A DNA stretch of 64,000 nucleotides from Okamejei kenojei (taxonomy: Eukaryota). A model generated the notes under the pieces. The model saw nothing but the letters and a program-made list of their open reading frames with translations. It made no database searches and was not told the origin of the DNA. The stretch is from contig CM069140.1 in NCBI GenBank assembly GCA_035221665.1, positions 9,920,001 through 9,984,000 on the forward strand. The letters run 5' to 3'. Positions 14,401 through 26,700 of the stretch are shown here, piece after piece; the stretch's first letter is position 1; each line of letters opens with the position of its first letter. The translations under genes were made by a program, and so were the position numbers.

Positions 14401-15821
14401 TTCCTTCCCTTCAGAGATGCTGCCTGTCCCGCTGAGTTACTCCAGCATTTTGTGTCTATTTGCAGAAGGTTTGATTCAGAGTAAAAAGAGAAGAAGTTGG
14501 CATTGTATTTCATCAGAGGCCGGAAAACATGCACTGGACTTGAATGCCAGTAGCACCGATACATTTTAAAGACAGCAATAAGCTAGGATATCAGAATGGG
14601 AGAGGGAAAAATAATGAAGAATGACAGACTACAAGCTGTCAGGAGAAAAATTAAAAGAGTTGTCAGATGGAAAGAGAACCTCCAGAACAAGAAGTGAAAG
14701 CCACAGCACAGAAACTGAAGATGCCAACTATAATTTTACACTGTGAACCAAACCTATTCTTAACCTGGAAACAGATGTCAATAACTCCTTGGGAAGCCAC
14801 TGTAAATATAAAACAATTCTTTCAAACAGTGACTTACAAGTTAATACTCCAGTGTGAAATACGTAAAGAAGGTAGATTGTGAGTGTTGTACACCTTTGAA
14901 AACAACGCCTGGACCCAATCAGAATATTTAACCAAGGATTGAATTATTAAATACTAAGAGTGCATAGCATTGAGGGACAAAGTTTAAAGGAGAAGGGCAG
15001 TACTGTTATCTTTATGCAGAGGGTAGTGTGCCTGGATCACACTGCCAGAGAGAGGGCAGTGGCAGATACAATAGTGGTCTTTAAGAGGGCTTTTGAAAGG
15101 CACATGAATTATGCAGGGAATGTATCATGTGCAAGCAGATAAGTCTGGTTTGACATCATGTTCAGCATAGACATCGTGGGGCAAAGGCCCTGTTCCTCTG
15201 CTGTTCTGCGTAGGAAGGAAACGCAGATGCTGGTTTACACCAGCGATAAACACAAAATGCTGGAGAAGTCAGCTGGCCGCGCAGCATCTCTGGAGAAGAG
15301 TAATCGGTGACACTTCATGTCAGAGCCCTTCTTCAGTCACCCGATGCTGCCCCACTGAGTTCCTCCAGTCTACCTTGAGTACTGTTCTATGTTCTAATTA
15401 CCCGCTATTATTCCATAATAATGGAAACTGTACACAGAGGAGACAGCGTTAAAGAGATGTTTAAGAAAATATCTTAATCACTACTGAATCAGAATGGGGG
15501 GGTGAGATAGTGAAGAATAAGATACCACAGGGGCTGTCAGAATGACATAAACCTATGAAATAAAAGGAGTGAAAGCCACTGAAGAGGTTAGATTTATAGC
15601 CTAGGTTAGATTGATATTTGTGTGGGAAGGAACTGCTGAATTATGCTCTTTCTCTTCCCCCAACAGAAAGCCCCCAGTCACGCCATGAAACTTCCACCAT
15701 GTGGGGGCTTGTCCTGTGTTTTTTTTTTAAAAGAGGTGGAGAGCAAGTGGGGAGGAAAGAGCGTCCCGGGGGCCTCGCCGAGATGGGGATGGAGGGGAGG
15801 GGGTTGATCGAGGGCACTCAC

Positions 15822-15874
15822 CAGTATAACACGGAGATAATCAGACATACAAACAAGAAGCGGCGCTGGTTCAT
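15822..15874 (-). CDS. SUCO: First coding exon of divergent gene, probably SUCO (SUN-domain ossification factor); signal peptide
   Basis: gagaagATG MNQRRFLFVCLIISVLY-TG|gtgagt; basic-then-hydrophobic N-terminus ending in a split Trp codon (phase 2), as recalled for vertebrate SUCO (human MKKHRRALALVSCLFLCSLVW). No SUN domain or clear exon 2 found in the window. Confidence 0.65.
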
Positions 15875-16619
15875 CTTCTCACAGCAATTGACATTCTCTT
15901 GGCCTTGGTGGCTCGGTGCGCCGCGCTCGCCGGGTTCAGTCGCCGTGGGTGCGATCAGCGGCCTCCATGAAGGCGGGGGCCTGGGCCTAGGCCGAGGCCG
16001 GGGCTGGGGCCTGGGCTGAGGCCGGCAGCCAGGGAGGCCGGGCCGCACATGGAGGGAGCGGGAGCGGGAGCCGGAGCCGCGTCCGCCGCCGCCGCCGCCG
16101 CCGAATCTTCGCGCTGTCGAGTTAGAACCTCATTAGTATTCAAACCCGCGGCCACGCCCCCTCCCCAGGCCACGCCCACCACCTCCCTCACCTCCATCCA
16201 GCCCCGCCTCCTCCTCCGCCGCCGCCAGCATCGTGGACGTCTCCGCATTGATGTCGGAGGCGAATAAAAGGAGCAGCGGGGGGAAGGGGGTGGGGGCGAA
16301 TTCAAGTAGCCCGCCCCCCTCCTTAACTCCCGGCGTCATCCGATAAGCAGCCACTCAGCAACCTCCCCCACTGTTGCGTCAGCTCCCCACTCTATCCTGC
16401 CGCAATGCAGTCTGGGGGTTGTAGTTCCACAGCGGCCACGTGGGGGGGAGAGGGCGAGGCCTGAGCACACCATTGACACGTCTGCGGTAAATTGTCAATG
16501 TGGTTTTTAATGCATTTTTGGTTTTGATCGATGTGACGGATCATGTCTTCTGTTTCGTTTGTTTTTGTTAAATGACAGACAGTCGCGGGACAAGGTTGGA
16601 AGTTGCGGACAAGGGGGTG

Positions 16620-16688
16620 TGACGTGTTGACGTGTTGACGTGTTGACGGCCTGGGCCAGCTGACGGACGCAGTGACGTGGTGACGCGC
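16620..16688 (+). promoter_or_regulatory. Cluster of TGACG CRE/UPRE-like sites
   Basis: (TGACGTGT)x3 at 16620-16643, TGACG at 16644, 16661 and 16681, exact UPRE TGACGTGG at 16673-16680. Confidence 0.6.
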
Positions 16689-16766
16689 GGTGTCCGCTGA
16701 GCGCGCCTGAGCCTCGCGGGCCGGCGTCCGTCCGCCCGCCAACCGTCCGCCAACGGTCCCGCCGAC

Positions 16767-16952
16767 ATGTTGCGGCTGCGGCTGCCCCCCCTCCTCCTCC
16801 TGTGCTGCTGCTGCTGCTGCGGCTGGGCCCCGCTCTGCTTCGGCTTCTCGCAGTCCGTTGACAGCGACTTCACCTTCACTCTGCCGGCGGGGCAGAAGGA
16901 GTGTTTCTACCAAACTATGAAGAAAGATGCCACCCTGGAGATCGAGTATCAG
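16767..16952 (+). CDS. TMED5: TMED5 (p24 gamma-2) coding exon 1: signal peptide and start of GOLD domain
   Basis: gccgacATG start; [62 protein letters not shown] matches TMED5 [18 protein letters not shown]; donor CAG|gttggc, phase 0, 186 nt. Confidence 0.96.
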
Positions 16953-17029
16953 GTTGGCCACTGGGTTGTTTCCCACTGGGTTGTTGCTCAAAGTTATGTT
17001 GTTGATCCATCTATCCCACGTGTGTGCGA

Positions 17030-17382
17030 ACCACACATGTGCGCATGCACATGCATTCACAAGCATACGTAATCACACATGCACACGCACGCATGTGTGT
17101 GTATGTATGTGTGTGACATGTTTGTGTACACGTCACGCACACATGTTACACACACCTCACACACACACACACACACATCCCACACACATCTCTTACACAC
17201 ATCCCACACACATCTCTTACACACATCCCACACACACACATCTCTCACACACACACATCTCTCACACACATCCCACACACATCTCCCACACACATCCCAC
17301 ACACACACATCTCTCACACACACATCGCACACATATGTCACACACACACATCTCACACCCACACATCTCACACACACACACA
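17030..17382 (+). repeat. CA-rich minisatellite at start of TMED5 intron 1
   Basis: Repeating cacacacatccc / cacacacatctct units. Confidence 0.9.
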
Positions 17383-17708
17383 CCCCTGGGGGGCTCTAAA
17401 GAAGAGCCTCGACCTCACCTATCCATGTTTTCCAGAGATGACACCTGACCTGCTGAGTTCCTCCAGCACTTTGTATCCTTTTGGTCTAGACTCAGTGCTG
17501 GGTACATGGAACAAGCTGCCACAGGACGTTTTTGAGGCAGGTAGCATAAGAGCATTTAAAGGACATTTGGACAGGTACACGGATATGAAAGGTTTAGAAG
17601 GATATGGGCCAAAAGCAGCAAATGGGACTTGCTCAGATGTGGCATCTTCGTCGTCCTGGGTGAGTTGGACCAAAGAGCCTGTTTCCATGCTGTATGACTC
17701 TTACTTTT

Positions 17709-17958
17709 AAAGAAGGAACTGCAGATGCTGGAAAATTGAGGGTACACAAAAGGCTGGAGAAACTCAGCGGGTGCAACAGCATCTAAGGAGTGAAGGAGAT
17801 GGGCAACGTTTCGGGCCGAAAACCTTCTTCAGACTCTCGTTTCGGGCCAAAACCCTTCTTCAGACGAAGAAGGGTTTCGGCCCGAAACATTGCCTATCTC
17901 CTTCGCTCCTTAGATGCTGCTGCACCCGCTGAGTTTCTCCAGCTTTTTGTGTACCCTT
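17709..17958. mobile_element. Inverted pLTR cassette with three hammerhead-like cores
   Basis: Two tandem minus-strand cores (17805-17832, 17838-17863) and one degenerate plus-strand core (17865-17890). Confidence 0.8.
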
Positions 17959-18407
17959 CTGGGAGCACTACTTCGTTCAAGCTGTCACTTTCTAGATGGA
18001 ATGTTATAACTCCTCATGGTGTTATTCCAACATAAGGTTTAGGAGCTTGAGTTGAACATCCAGCCATTGTGTCTGTTCTGCAAGGTCTCATGGTCTTGAG
18101 CTCAACAGAACACCCAGATTCTGTCAGCCTTTACAATTAGACTTTACCTAAGCTAGGTTATTCAATTTACTAACTTTGTGTTTGCAACTGTGGCTGAGGC
18201 ATGTCAGGGTCTTATAAAATGAATGTAAAATAAGCATAGAAACACATCTTTAAAAAACTGTAAGTGCCTCTTTTTAGAGGACCACAGCCAATAAACAGGC
18301 AAATGACAAACAAGTTTGAAAAGACCAATGTTTACATGTCTATTAAACATTAGTGTTCATTCAATATTCTTTACAGAAGGTCTCCCAAACAAGCAATTCC
18401 CTCTCAT

Positions 18408-19075
18408 AGTCCTTCCAGGTCCGACGGAGGTTCACCTGCACCTCCTCCAACCTCATCTTCTGCATCCGCTGCTCCAGATGCCAGCTGATCTATATCAGTG
18501 AGACCAAGCGGAGGCTTGCCGATCGCTTCGCCGAACACCTCCGCTCGGTCCGCAATAACCAAGCCGACCTCCTGGTGGCTCAGCACTTCAACTCCCCCTC
18601 CCGTTCCGTATCCGACCTCTCGGTCCTGGGCCTCCTCCACGGCCAGAGTGAACAACACCGCAAGTTGGAGGAACAGCACCTCATATTCCGCTTGGGGAGT
18701 CTGCGTCCTCCGGGATTGAACATTGAATTTTCTCAATTCTGTTAACCCTTGCTGTCTCCTCCCCTTCCCACCTCTCCCTCAGCCCTCGGGCCCTGGCATT
18801 CCCTCTCTCTCTCTATCTCTCCCCCACCCAAGTCGCACTAGCTTCTCATTTTCACACTACAAACAGCTTACAATGGCCTGTTTCCTTTATCATCGATACA
18901 TTTTTGCATATCTTTCATTCATTGTTCTTTATCTCTCCACATCACCGTCTATATTTCTCGTTTCCCTGATCCCTAACCAGTCTGAAGAAGGGTCCCGACC
19001 CGAAACGTCGCCTATCTCCTTCGCTCCTTAGATGCTGCTGCACCCGCTGAGTTTCTCCAGCCGTTTGTGTACCCT
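18408..19075 (+). mobile_element. Penelope-like retroelement 3' fragment: GIY-YIG endonuclease plus pLTR with hammerhead motif
   Basis: Frame from 18413: FQVRRRFTCTSSNLIFCIRCSRCQLIYISETKRRLADRFAEH...HFN...LEEQHLIFRLGSLRPPGLNIEFSQFC*, a PLE GIY-YIG with CxxC; followed by CTGAAGAAGGGTCCCGACCCGAAACGTC. Confidence 0.9.
18982..19009 (+). ncRNA. Minimal type I hammerhead ribozyme motif in Penelope pLTR
   Basis: CUGAAGA + extra A + GGGU(CCCG)ACCC stem II + GAAA + CGUC (palindromic ACGU helix III, GUC cleavage triplet); helix I is short. Confidence 0.7.
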
Positions 19076-19274
19076 CAATTCTCTTAGACTGCCACAAAGC
19101 CATAGAAGAGAGGCGGCACCTCTCAAAACCTCACCTAATCCATGTCCTCCAGAGATGCTATCTGACCTGAGATACTCCAACACTTTGTTTCCCTTCATGT
19201 ATTAATCAGTATCTACTGTTCCTTGTTTCTATGTGAAAAAAAAAATGATTGCATCCAGTCTGAAATTGTGAATG

Positions 19275-19655
19275 TGTAGGAAGGAACTGGAAGATGCTGG
19301 TTTACATCAAAATGCTGGAGTAACTCAGCGGGATAGGCAGCATCTCTGGAGAGAAGGAATGGGTGGCATTTTGGGTTGAGACCCTTCTTCAGACTGAGTC
19401 AGGGGTGAGGTAAACTAGAGATGTGGATGGGCAAGTTGTGAGAACGACAGATCAAAGTAGACAATGATCAAGCAAATGTAGAATTATTCGTTGTTGGCTA
19501 TGGGAAAGATGACAACATGACATACAAACAGTAAAATTAATCAGGAGGACAGTGAAACTAATTGGAGAATTAAGGTGGCGGAGGGATGGAGAGGGCAAGG
19601 GTTACTTGAAGTTAGAGGAATCAATAAGCTGCCCAAGTGAACTATGAGGTGCTGA
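19275..19655 (-). mobile_element. Penelope-like 3' fragment with pLTR
   Basis: Same pLTR and 3' end as 4134-4608. Confidence 0.75.
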
Positions 19656-21423
19656 ACTTTAAATTGAATTTGTCATTATGACCTAACCACAAATTGTAAG
19701 TTAATTTGGATGGGCCAATAGGTCAAGGGTGTTCCAGTTTTGAACTTTGATATTTAGCTTGTAATGAGCCACAAAATTTAGCAACCTATATCTTTGGCTG
19801 GTGAGGTTTAAACATGTCATGTCAAAGTTCTGTTTGTCTGCAAACAATGACTTGAAGCTCATCAAAGATTTTAAAAAGTAGTTTCATCATTTTAAATTGA
19901 CATATATCTGCTCTCCCAAACAATTGAAACATGGTAACAGTGATATTACCAGTTACCTATTTCTCGTTCTTTCTTGCAATATTCTGTAGCAATTCTGTGA
20001 AAAGGCAGAACGGGCTTCGAACTTGTGATTTGCAAAATTATTTCTTAATCCAATCTTTTTTGCCATGTGCTTTTACCTTGCGTCAGCAAGTTTACATGCC
20101 ATTACATTGCAAATATCACTTGCCCTGTAATCAAAACAGATGTTCTTTTTGTCATTGTTTATTAAAACAATTGAGTGTAATCCTTTAAGAGTAATGATCA
20201 ATATTTCCACTAATGTTTGACTGGAAAATTAATCATAGTTCTGGTGTTTGATATCCAAATCTGATGATTGTGCCAGGATTGGGAAATGGGAACAGGAGTT
20301 GACACCTCGCCCCTCCAACCTGCCCTGCTCTTCACTACCATCATGGCTGATCTGATCCGGGCTTCAACCCCCCCTTCTGTGCCAACTCTCCGTGGCCCTC
20401 AATTCCCAAATATTTCAAAAATGTATCAACCTCTTAAAGTGCACTAGCTTTCACAATCTTCCAAGAAAAGGATTCCAAAGATTCACGGTCCTCTAGGAGA
20501 ATAGTTTTCTACATGTCGCTATTATAAATGGCTGTCTTCATATCTTGTAATCATCTATACTTTTTTGAGACTCCCACAAGTGGAAACATGCTGGTTTAAA
20601 TCGAAGAAAGACACAAAATGCTGGAGTAACTCAACGGGACAGGCAGCATCTCTGGAGAGAAGGAATGGGTGATGTTTTGGGTCAAGATTCTTCTTCAGAC
20701 TGATGTCAGGGGATTGGGCAGTACAAGGAAAAGGAGATATATAGATAAGGAAGTGTAAGGTGTGAAAACAGGACAAAGGGAATCGGAGTGTGGGAGGAAA
20801 CCGAAGATCCCGGAGAAAACCCACGCAGGTCACGGGGAAAACATACAAACTCCATAGAGACAGCACCCGTAGTCAGGATTGAGCCCATGTCTCTGGCTCT
20901 TTAAGGCAGCAACTCTGCTGCCCGCTACTCTACTCCATTTCCCTTGCAATAAAGCCCAACATGGCATTTTCCAACTACTTGCTGCACCTAAATGCTAACC
21001 CTTTGTTATTGTGACCACAACACTTACTCTATACTTCATTCATGTGCCTTCTCTCGCTATTTAGATAATAGCCTCTATTTTGATTTACATAAGTGAATGA
21101 CTTTGTACGTTAAATATTATTTTCCATATTTTAGCCACTCAAATGATCTATAATCAGCTACAGAGTACATGTATCTTCATCACAGCCTGCCTGTCAATCT
21201 ATATTCACATTGCTGGCAAACATGGATACTGCACATTTGAAGACTATACCTCTCTTCCAAGTCATTGATGTAGATAATGAGTACCTGGGCCTTCGGGCAC
21301 ACGGGAGTTGCATCCGTCTAGCATGAAAAATACCTATTTATTCTGACTTCTGTGTGGTTAACAAGTGGTTGCCTTCTGTGTGGTTACCAATTTTCAAACA
21401 ACTTTAAAACCCTCTCTTACATG

Positions 21424-21690
21424 GAAACATAGAAACATAGAAATTAGGTGCAGGAGTAGGCCATTCAGCCCTTCGAGCCTGCACCGCCATTCAATATGAT
21501 CATGGCTGATCATCCAACTCAGTATCCCGTACCTGCCTTCTCTCCATACCCTCTGATCCCCTTAGCCACAAGGGCCACATCCAACTCACTCTTAAATATA
21601 GCCAATGAACTGGCCTCAACTACCCTCTGTGGCAGAGAGTTCCAGAGACTCACCACTCTCTGTGTGAAAAAAGTATTTCTCATTGTGAAA
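21424..21690 (-). mobile_element. CR1/HER1 LINE 3' end
   Basis: (ATGTTTCT)n tail, FFTQRVVSLWNSLP. Confidence 0.85.
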
Positions 21691-21989
21691 AAAGTCTTTC
21701 TCATTCCCCCAGCAATACTGTGAAATCTTATCTTGTGCATTTGCCTTTAATCAATTTTTCAACGTTTGTTTTCCGACTGGATTTTGAAGAAAATTTAGAT
21801 AACATTGGATCGTTAATTGGGCAAACTACCACACGGGAGAAAAGTATTTAGTTTAGTTTATTGTCACGTGTACCGAGGTGCTTACCTGTCAGCTGAAAGA
21901 CAATATATAATTACAATCGAATCATTAGCCTCTAGATTCATACTCAAACTTTGCTCATTGCAGTATCCTTTGAAGCTGTTTCTCTTAAC

Positions 21990-23703
21990 AATAGACAATA
22001 GGTGCAGGAGTAGGCCAATTCAGCCCTTTGAGCCAGCAGTGCCATTCAAAGTGATCTTGGCTGATCACCCACAATCATTACCCCGTTCCTGCCTCCCCAT
22101 ATCCGCTGACTCCGCTGTTTTTAAGAGCTCTATCTAACTCTTGAAAGCATCCAGAGAATTGACCTCCACAGCCTTCTGAGGCACAGAATTACACAGATTC
22201 ATAACCCTTGTGTGAAAAAGTTTTTCCTCATCTCTGTTCTAAATGGCTTACCCCTTATTCTTAATCTGTGGCCCCTGGTTCTGGACTCCCCCAACATCGG
22301 GAACATGTTTCCTGCCTCTAGCGTGACCAAACCCTTAATAATCTAAAGGGCCTGTCCTACCAGCATCCGACTGCATGCGGTGAGCGCGATCAAACCGGCA
22401 GCGGGGGCCGCGCGGAGGTCGGGTGATCCCTGTACAGGGCCGTTCCCAACAGCATGCGCCTGCATGCGAAGAGCGCGACCAAACCGGCATTGGGGGCCGC
22501 GCGAAGGTCGGGTGAGTGGCGCAACGCGGTGCAAAGTGAGGCGAACTTGGAGCAAAGTTCACCAGGACAGGGAGGGACACACAGAGAGGGGCACAGAGGC
22601 ACGCACAGAGAGGGTCACGGAGGCACCTATAGAGAGGGTCATGGAGGCACGACGTCGAGGCGGTGTGTAATGCGTCGAGGCGATTGGGAGCCGACAAGCT
22701 GTTGCCGCACGGAATTTTTGAACATGGTCAGTTTTTCGGAGCGCCGCGCGATGTCGGGACGAACTCCGCACAATTCCAGACGGTGCAAGCGACCACGTTA
22801 GGTCACGCTCATCGCATGGAGTAGCATGCTGCTGGGACAGGCCCTTTATGTTTCAATAAGATCCCCTCTCTTCCTTCTGAATACCAGAGTATACAAGCCT
22901 AGCCACTCCATTCTATCAACATATGACAGTCCCGCCATCCCGGGAATTAACTTCATGAACCTACGTTGCACTCCCTCAATAGCAAGAATGTCCCTCCCTA
23001 AATTTGGAGACCAAAACTGCACACAATACTCCAGGTGTGGTCTCACTAGGGCCCTGTACAACTGTAGAAGGACCTCTTTGCTCCTATACTCAACTCTTCT
23101 TGTTATGAAGGCCAACCAACATGCCATTTGCTTTCTTCACTATCTGCTGTACCTGCATGCTTACTTTAATTGACTGATGAACAAGGACCCCAGATCTCGT
23201 TGTACTTCCCCTTTTCCCAACTTGATACCTTTCAGATAATAATCTGCCTACCTGTTTTTGCCACCAAAGTGGATAACCTCACATTTATCCACATTAAACT
23301 GCATCTGCCATGCATCTGCCCACTCACCCAACCTGTCCAAGTTGCCTTCCATCCTCATAGCATCCTCCTCACAGTTCACACGGCCACCCAGATTTGTGTC
23401 ATCTGCAAATTTGCTAATGTTACTTTTAATCCCTTCATCTACATCATTAATGTATATTGTAAATAGCTGCGGTCCCAGCACCAAGCCTTGCGGTACCCCA
23501 CTAATCACCTAATTCTGAAAGGGACCCGTTAATGCCTACTCTTTGTTTCCTGTCTGCCAACCAGTTTTCTATCCATGTCAGCACTCTACCCCCAATACCA
23601 TGTGCCCTAATTTTGCCCACTAGTCTCCTATGTGTGACCTTATCAAATGCTTTCTGAAAGTCCAGGTACACTACATCCACTGGCTCTCCCTTGTCCATTT
23701 TCT
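21990..23703 (-). mobile_element. CR1/HER1-like LINE RT and 3' end, interrupted by a MITE
   Basis: VDVVYLDFQKAFDKV, SGVPQGLVLGPQLFTIYIND, KFADDT, LVRPHLEYCVQFWSP. Confidence 0.92.
22347..22845. mobile_element. PIF/Harbinger-like MITE inserted in CR1
   Basis: TIRs agggcctgtcctaccagcat / atgctgctgggacaggccct, flanked by TAA/TTA; internal duplicated segment (22382, 22471). Confidence 0.75.
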
Positions 23704-26700
23704 GATTTACCAAGCAACAAATTTAACATATCGACATGGAATAAATGTTTGTAATATTTAATTATGAGTGAGCCCTTTATAATTTCTGTTTCAGTTGATG
23801 GAACCCAAACAGAATTTTTTTATTAGAGTTTAGAGATACAGCGTTGAAACAGGCTTTGGCCCATCAGGCCCATGCCAACCACAATCGCCCGTTCACACTA
23901 ATTCTATGTCATTCCACTTTTCGCGTCACACACACTAGGGGCAATTTACAGGAGCCAATTAACATACAAACCTGCAGGACTTTGGAATGTGGGAAGAATC
24001 CGGAGCACCCAGAGAAAACCCACGCAGTCACAGCAAGAACGTACAAACTGCACAGACAGCACCGGTAGTCAAGATCGAACCTGTTTCTTTGCCGCTATTA
24101 GGCAGCAACTCAACTGTTTTAAAATAAATCAATTCTCCATATTAAAGGGAACTAAGAGCATTCAGAAGACCTTATTATAATCTTCTAATGTTTCCTCATT
24201 TAGCTTTTGCTTTAAGTTGGGAAATAGTGGATGTCAGTCCACTATTTATGGAAGGTGAAAGAGGGAAGCTATTATGACCTAATTAGGGTTAGAGATTGTT
24301 GAGAGATTGCTAAGCCTATAATTAAAGACAGAGTGACCGTAGGTTTTTAGTTGATAGGTATAGTTTGTATACCTGATAAAACAAGATTCTGTGCAAAGGT
24401 GACAAAAATGATGAACAGGGCAATGTTAATGGATACTAGTTATCAGAGTCCATTAGTAGAAGGTTATTGACACGACTGGGAAATTATGGTAGAAGGCAGC
24501 AATAATATGCAAGTAGTTAGAGAATTGTGTGGGAAGGAACTGAAGATGCTGGTTTAAACCGAAGATAGACTCAGAAAGCTGGAATGACTCAGCATCTCTG
24601 CGAAAAAAAGGAATGGGTAACGTTTCGGGTCGAGATCCTTCTTCAGACCTGAAACGTTACTTATTCCTTTTTTCCAGAGATGCTGTCTAACCCACTGAGT
24701 AACTCTAAATTTTTTGTGTCTTAAGTTGGAAAATTGTGGCAGGTGGAATTGAAACTGTTCGATGTATTTATAAATAACCTGGATAATAGGATAAAAATCT
24801 ACCTATGCACCATTGCCAATGAGACAAAGATGTGCAGCATTGTAAGCAGTGTGGATAGCAACATTAAATTGTAAAGACATTAAGTTGAGAGAATGGGCAG
24901 GATTTGGGCAAAATAGATTTTAATGTGAGCAAAATGTGAATGTAAGCTTGGACCTGATCAGAACTGGATAGGGTACATGAAGTGGGTAAGGTTTGTGAAA
25001 GTTTGGAGAGGTATCTGTGTAGATCATTAAAGGCCAACAATTTATTTATCTTCTGAATATAGAAAATAATCCAAATGGGGGGCTTTTTTATAATGTTCTG
25101 CAGATGTACAGCATAAGCCCAACTTAGATTTCACTTGGGAAAAAAAATACAAAGTGCTGGAGTAACTCAGCAGATCAGGCAACATCTCTGGAAAACATGG
25201 ACAGACGATGTTTCGGGTCAGGACCCTTCTTCAGACTTCAGAGAATTCACTTGGATATTTCAAGCAGTTTAGGCATCACAGCATGAGAAGGATATATTGG
25301 CTTTGGAAATGCAGCAGAGATTTGCTCGAATTACATATTTTCTTGAAGTTTCAAGAAGAGATTAGAGATTATTATGTTGAAATTTAGACAGTCAAGATTG
25401 CTTTTCAAGACCTTAAGGGGAACTGACAGGGAAGATAAGGAGAAATTACTTCTGTTGATTGTGAAATCTAGAACAGGTAGACCTATTCAAACTAAGAGTA
25501 AAGTTGGGAAAGATTGGAAGAAATATGGAAAACATTCATAAATAACTTTATACTTTAAATGAATATATTTTAGTTAATTATTAGTGTATGGGCCTGTATA
25601 CATTATTCAGACGGTGCATAGATGACGCATGCTGGAGGAGGAAGTGGTAGAAGTACGAACAATTACAGCAGTTGAAAGATACTGGGACAGGTACATGTGT
25701 AGGGAAGTGTGGAGGGATATGGGCAGGCATAGGCAAGTGGGACTTTGTCAGACAACTGGGTTGGCATAGATGAATTGCGCCAAAAGGCCAGTTTTCATGC
25801 TGCAAAGCTCTATAACAATGGAAAGATGAATTTGCAGACCTAGTTAAATATAGAGACGGGCTTTTAGGAGGTTGGATGATATTCTGTTTGTTTGCTCTTT
25901 ACACATGATATAAAGATACTGTGTTACAGCTGCGGCTCGCCTGCGGTCTCTCTGTCTCTTTTTTTTCTTTGTCTTATTGTTAATGTTAGATGTATGTATG
26001 GGCTATCTTTAGTTGTGTGTGGGGGGGGAGACTTTTATCTCTTTCTTCAACAGAGATGCGACCTTTTTCCGTGCCGTATCTCCGTTCGCGCTGTGGCCTA
26101 GCCACGAGGGGCTGGCGGCCTTCAACTGGAATCAACCTTGAGGGCTCCGGTCGCAGAGCCTGTGGACTTACCATCGCGGAGCTGGCTGTCTTCGGAGGCT
26201 GTGGTGGCGCTGCAGCTGCGACACGATTTCGGAGGCTTCGGCCTCGGCCTCTGGACTGCGACATCTTCCATCGGCCGGCGGGGGCTTCAACATCAGGAGC
26301 CTCGATCGCCTCGACGCAGCAATTTGACTGCCTAACCACGGGAGAAGAAGCAAGGAAGAGATAAGACTTTTTTAACCTTCCATCACAGCGAGGTGCCTGG
26401 AGGAGAGTCACTGTGATGGATATTTGTGTTTAATTGTGTGTTTTGTTGCCTTCTTACTGTTATCACTGCATGCCAAGGAAATGTCACTTGTTTGTGAATG
26501 ACAAATAAAGAAATTCAATTCAATTCAAATGTGTCAAATGCTGTTTGAGACCTTTCTTCACTCCAATAAATTTGCAAATGCATATTAAACAAATTATTGT
26601 GCCAGATAAATATCACAAGATGTGCTGAAGGACAAAGTGCTGGAGTGACTCAGCAGGTCAGGCAACATCTATGGAGAACATGGATAGGTGACGGTTCGGC

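Larger units (their letters stand above)
15760..16950. promoter_or_regulatory. CpG-rich bidirectional promoter region between the SUCO-like gene and TMED5
   Basis: High GC/CpG in an otherwise AT-rich region, GC boxes (ccacgccc, ccccgcc), two divergent ATGs about 890 bp apart. Confidence 0.8.

Noticed and set aside
16620-16648. Short direct repeats suggesting a CRISPR-like array
   Set aside because: Eukaryotic 8-bp tandem repeat, no spacers, no cas genes
16392-17066. 224-aa minus-strand ORF
   Set aside because: Antisense shadow of GC-rich TMED5 exon 1 and promoter; low complexity
16927-17448. His/Thr- and Cys/Val-rich ORFs
   Set aside because: Translations of the CA minisatellite
25920-26530. 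GC-rich ORF cluster (also 40905-41550, 46258-46560)
   Set aside because: Interspersed repeat bodies sharing a gacaataaa-type tail; no credible protein
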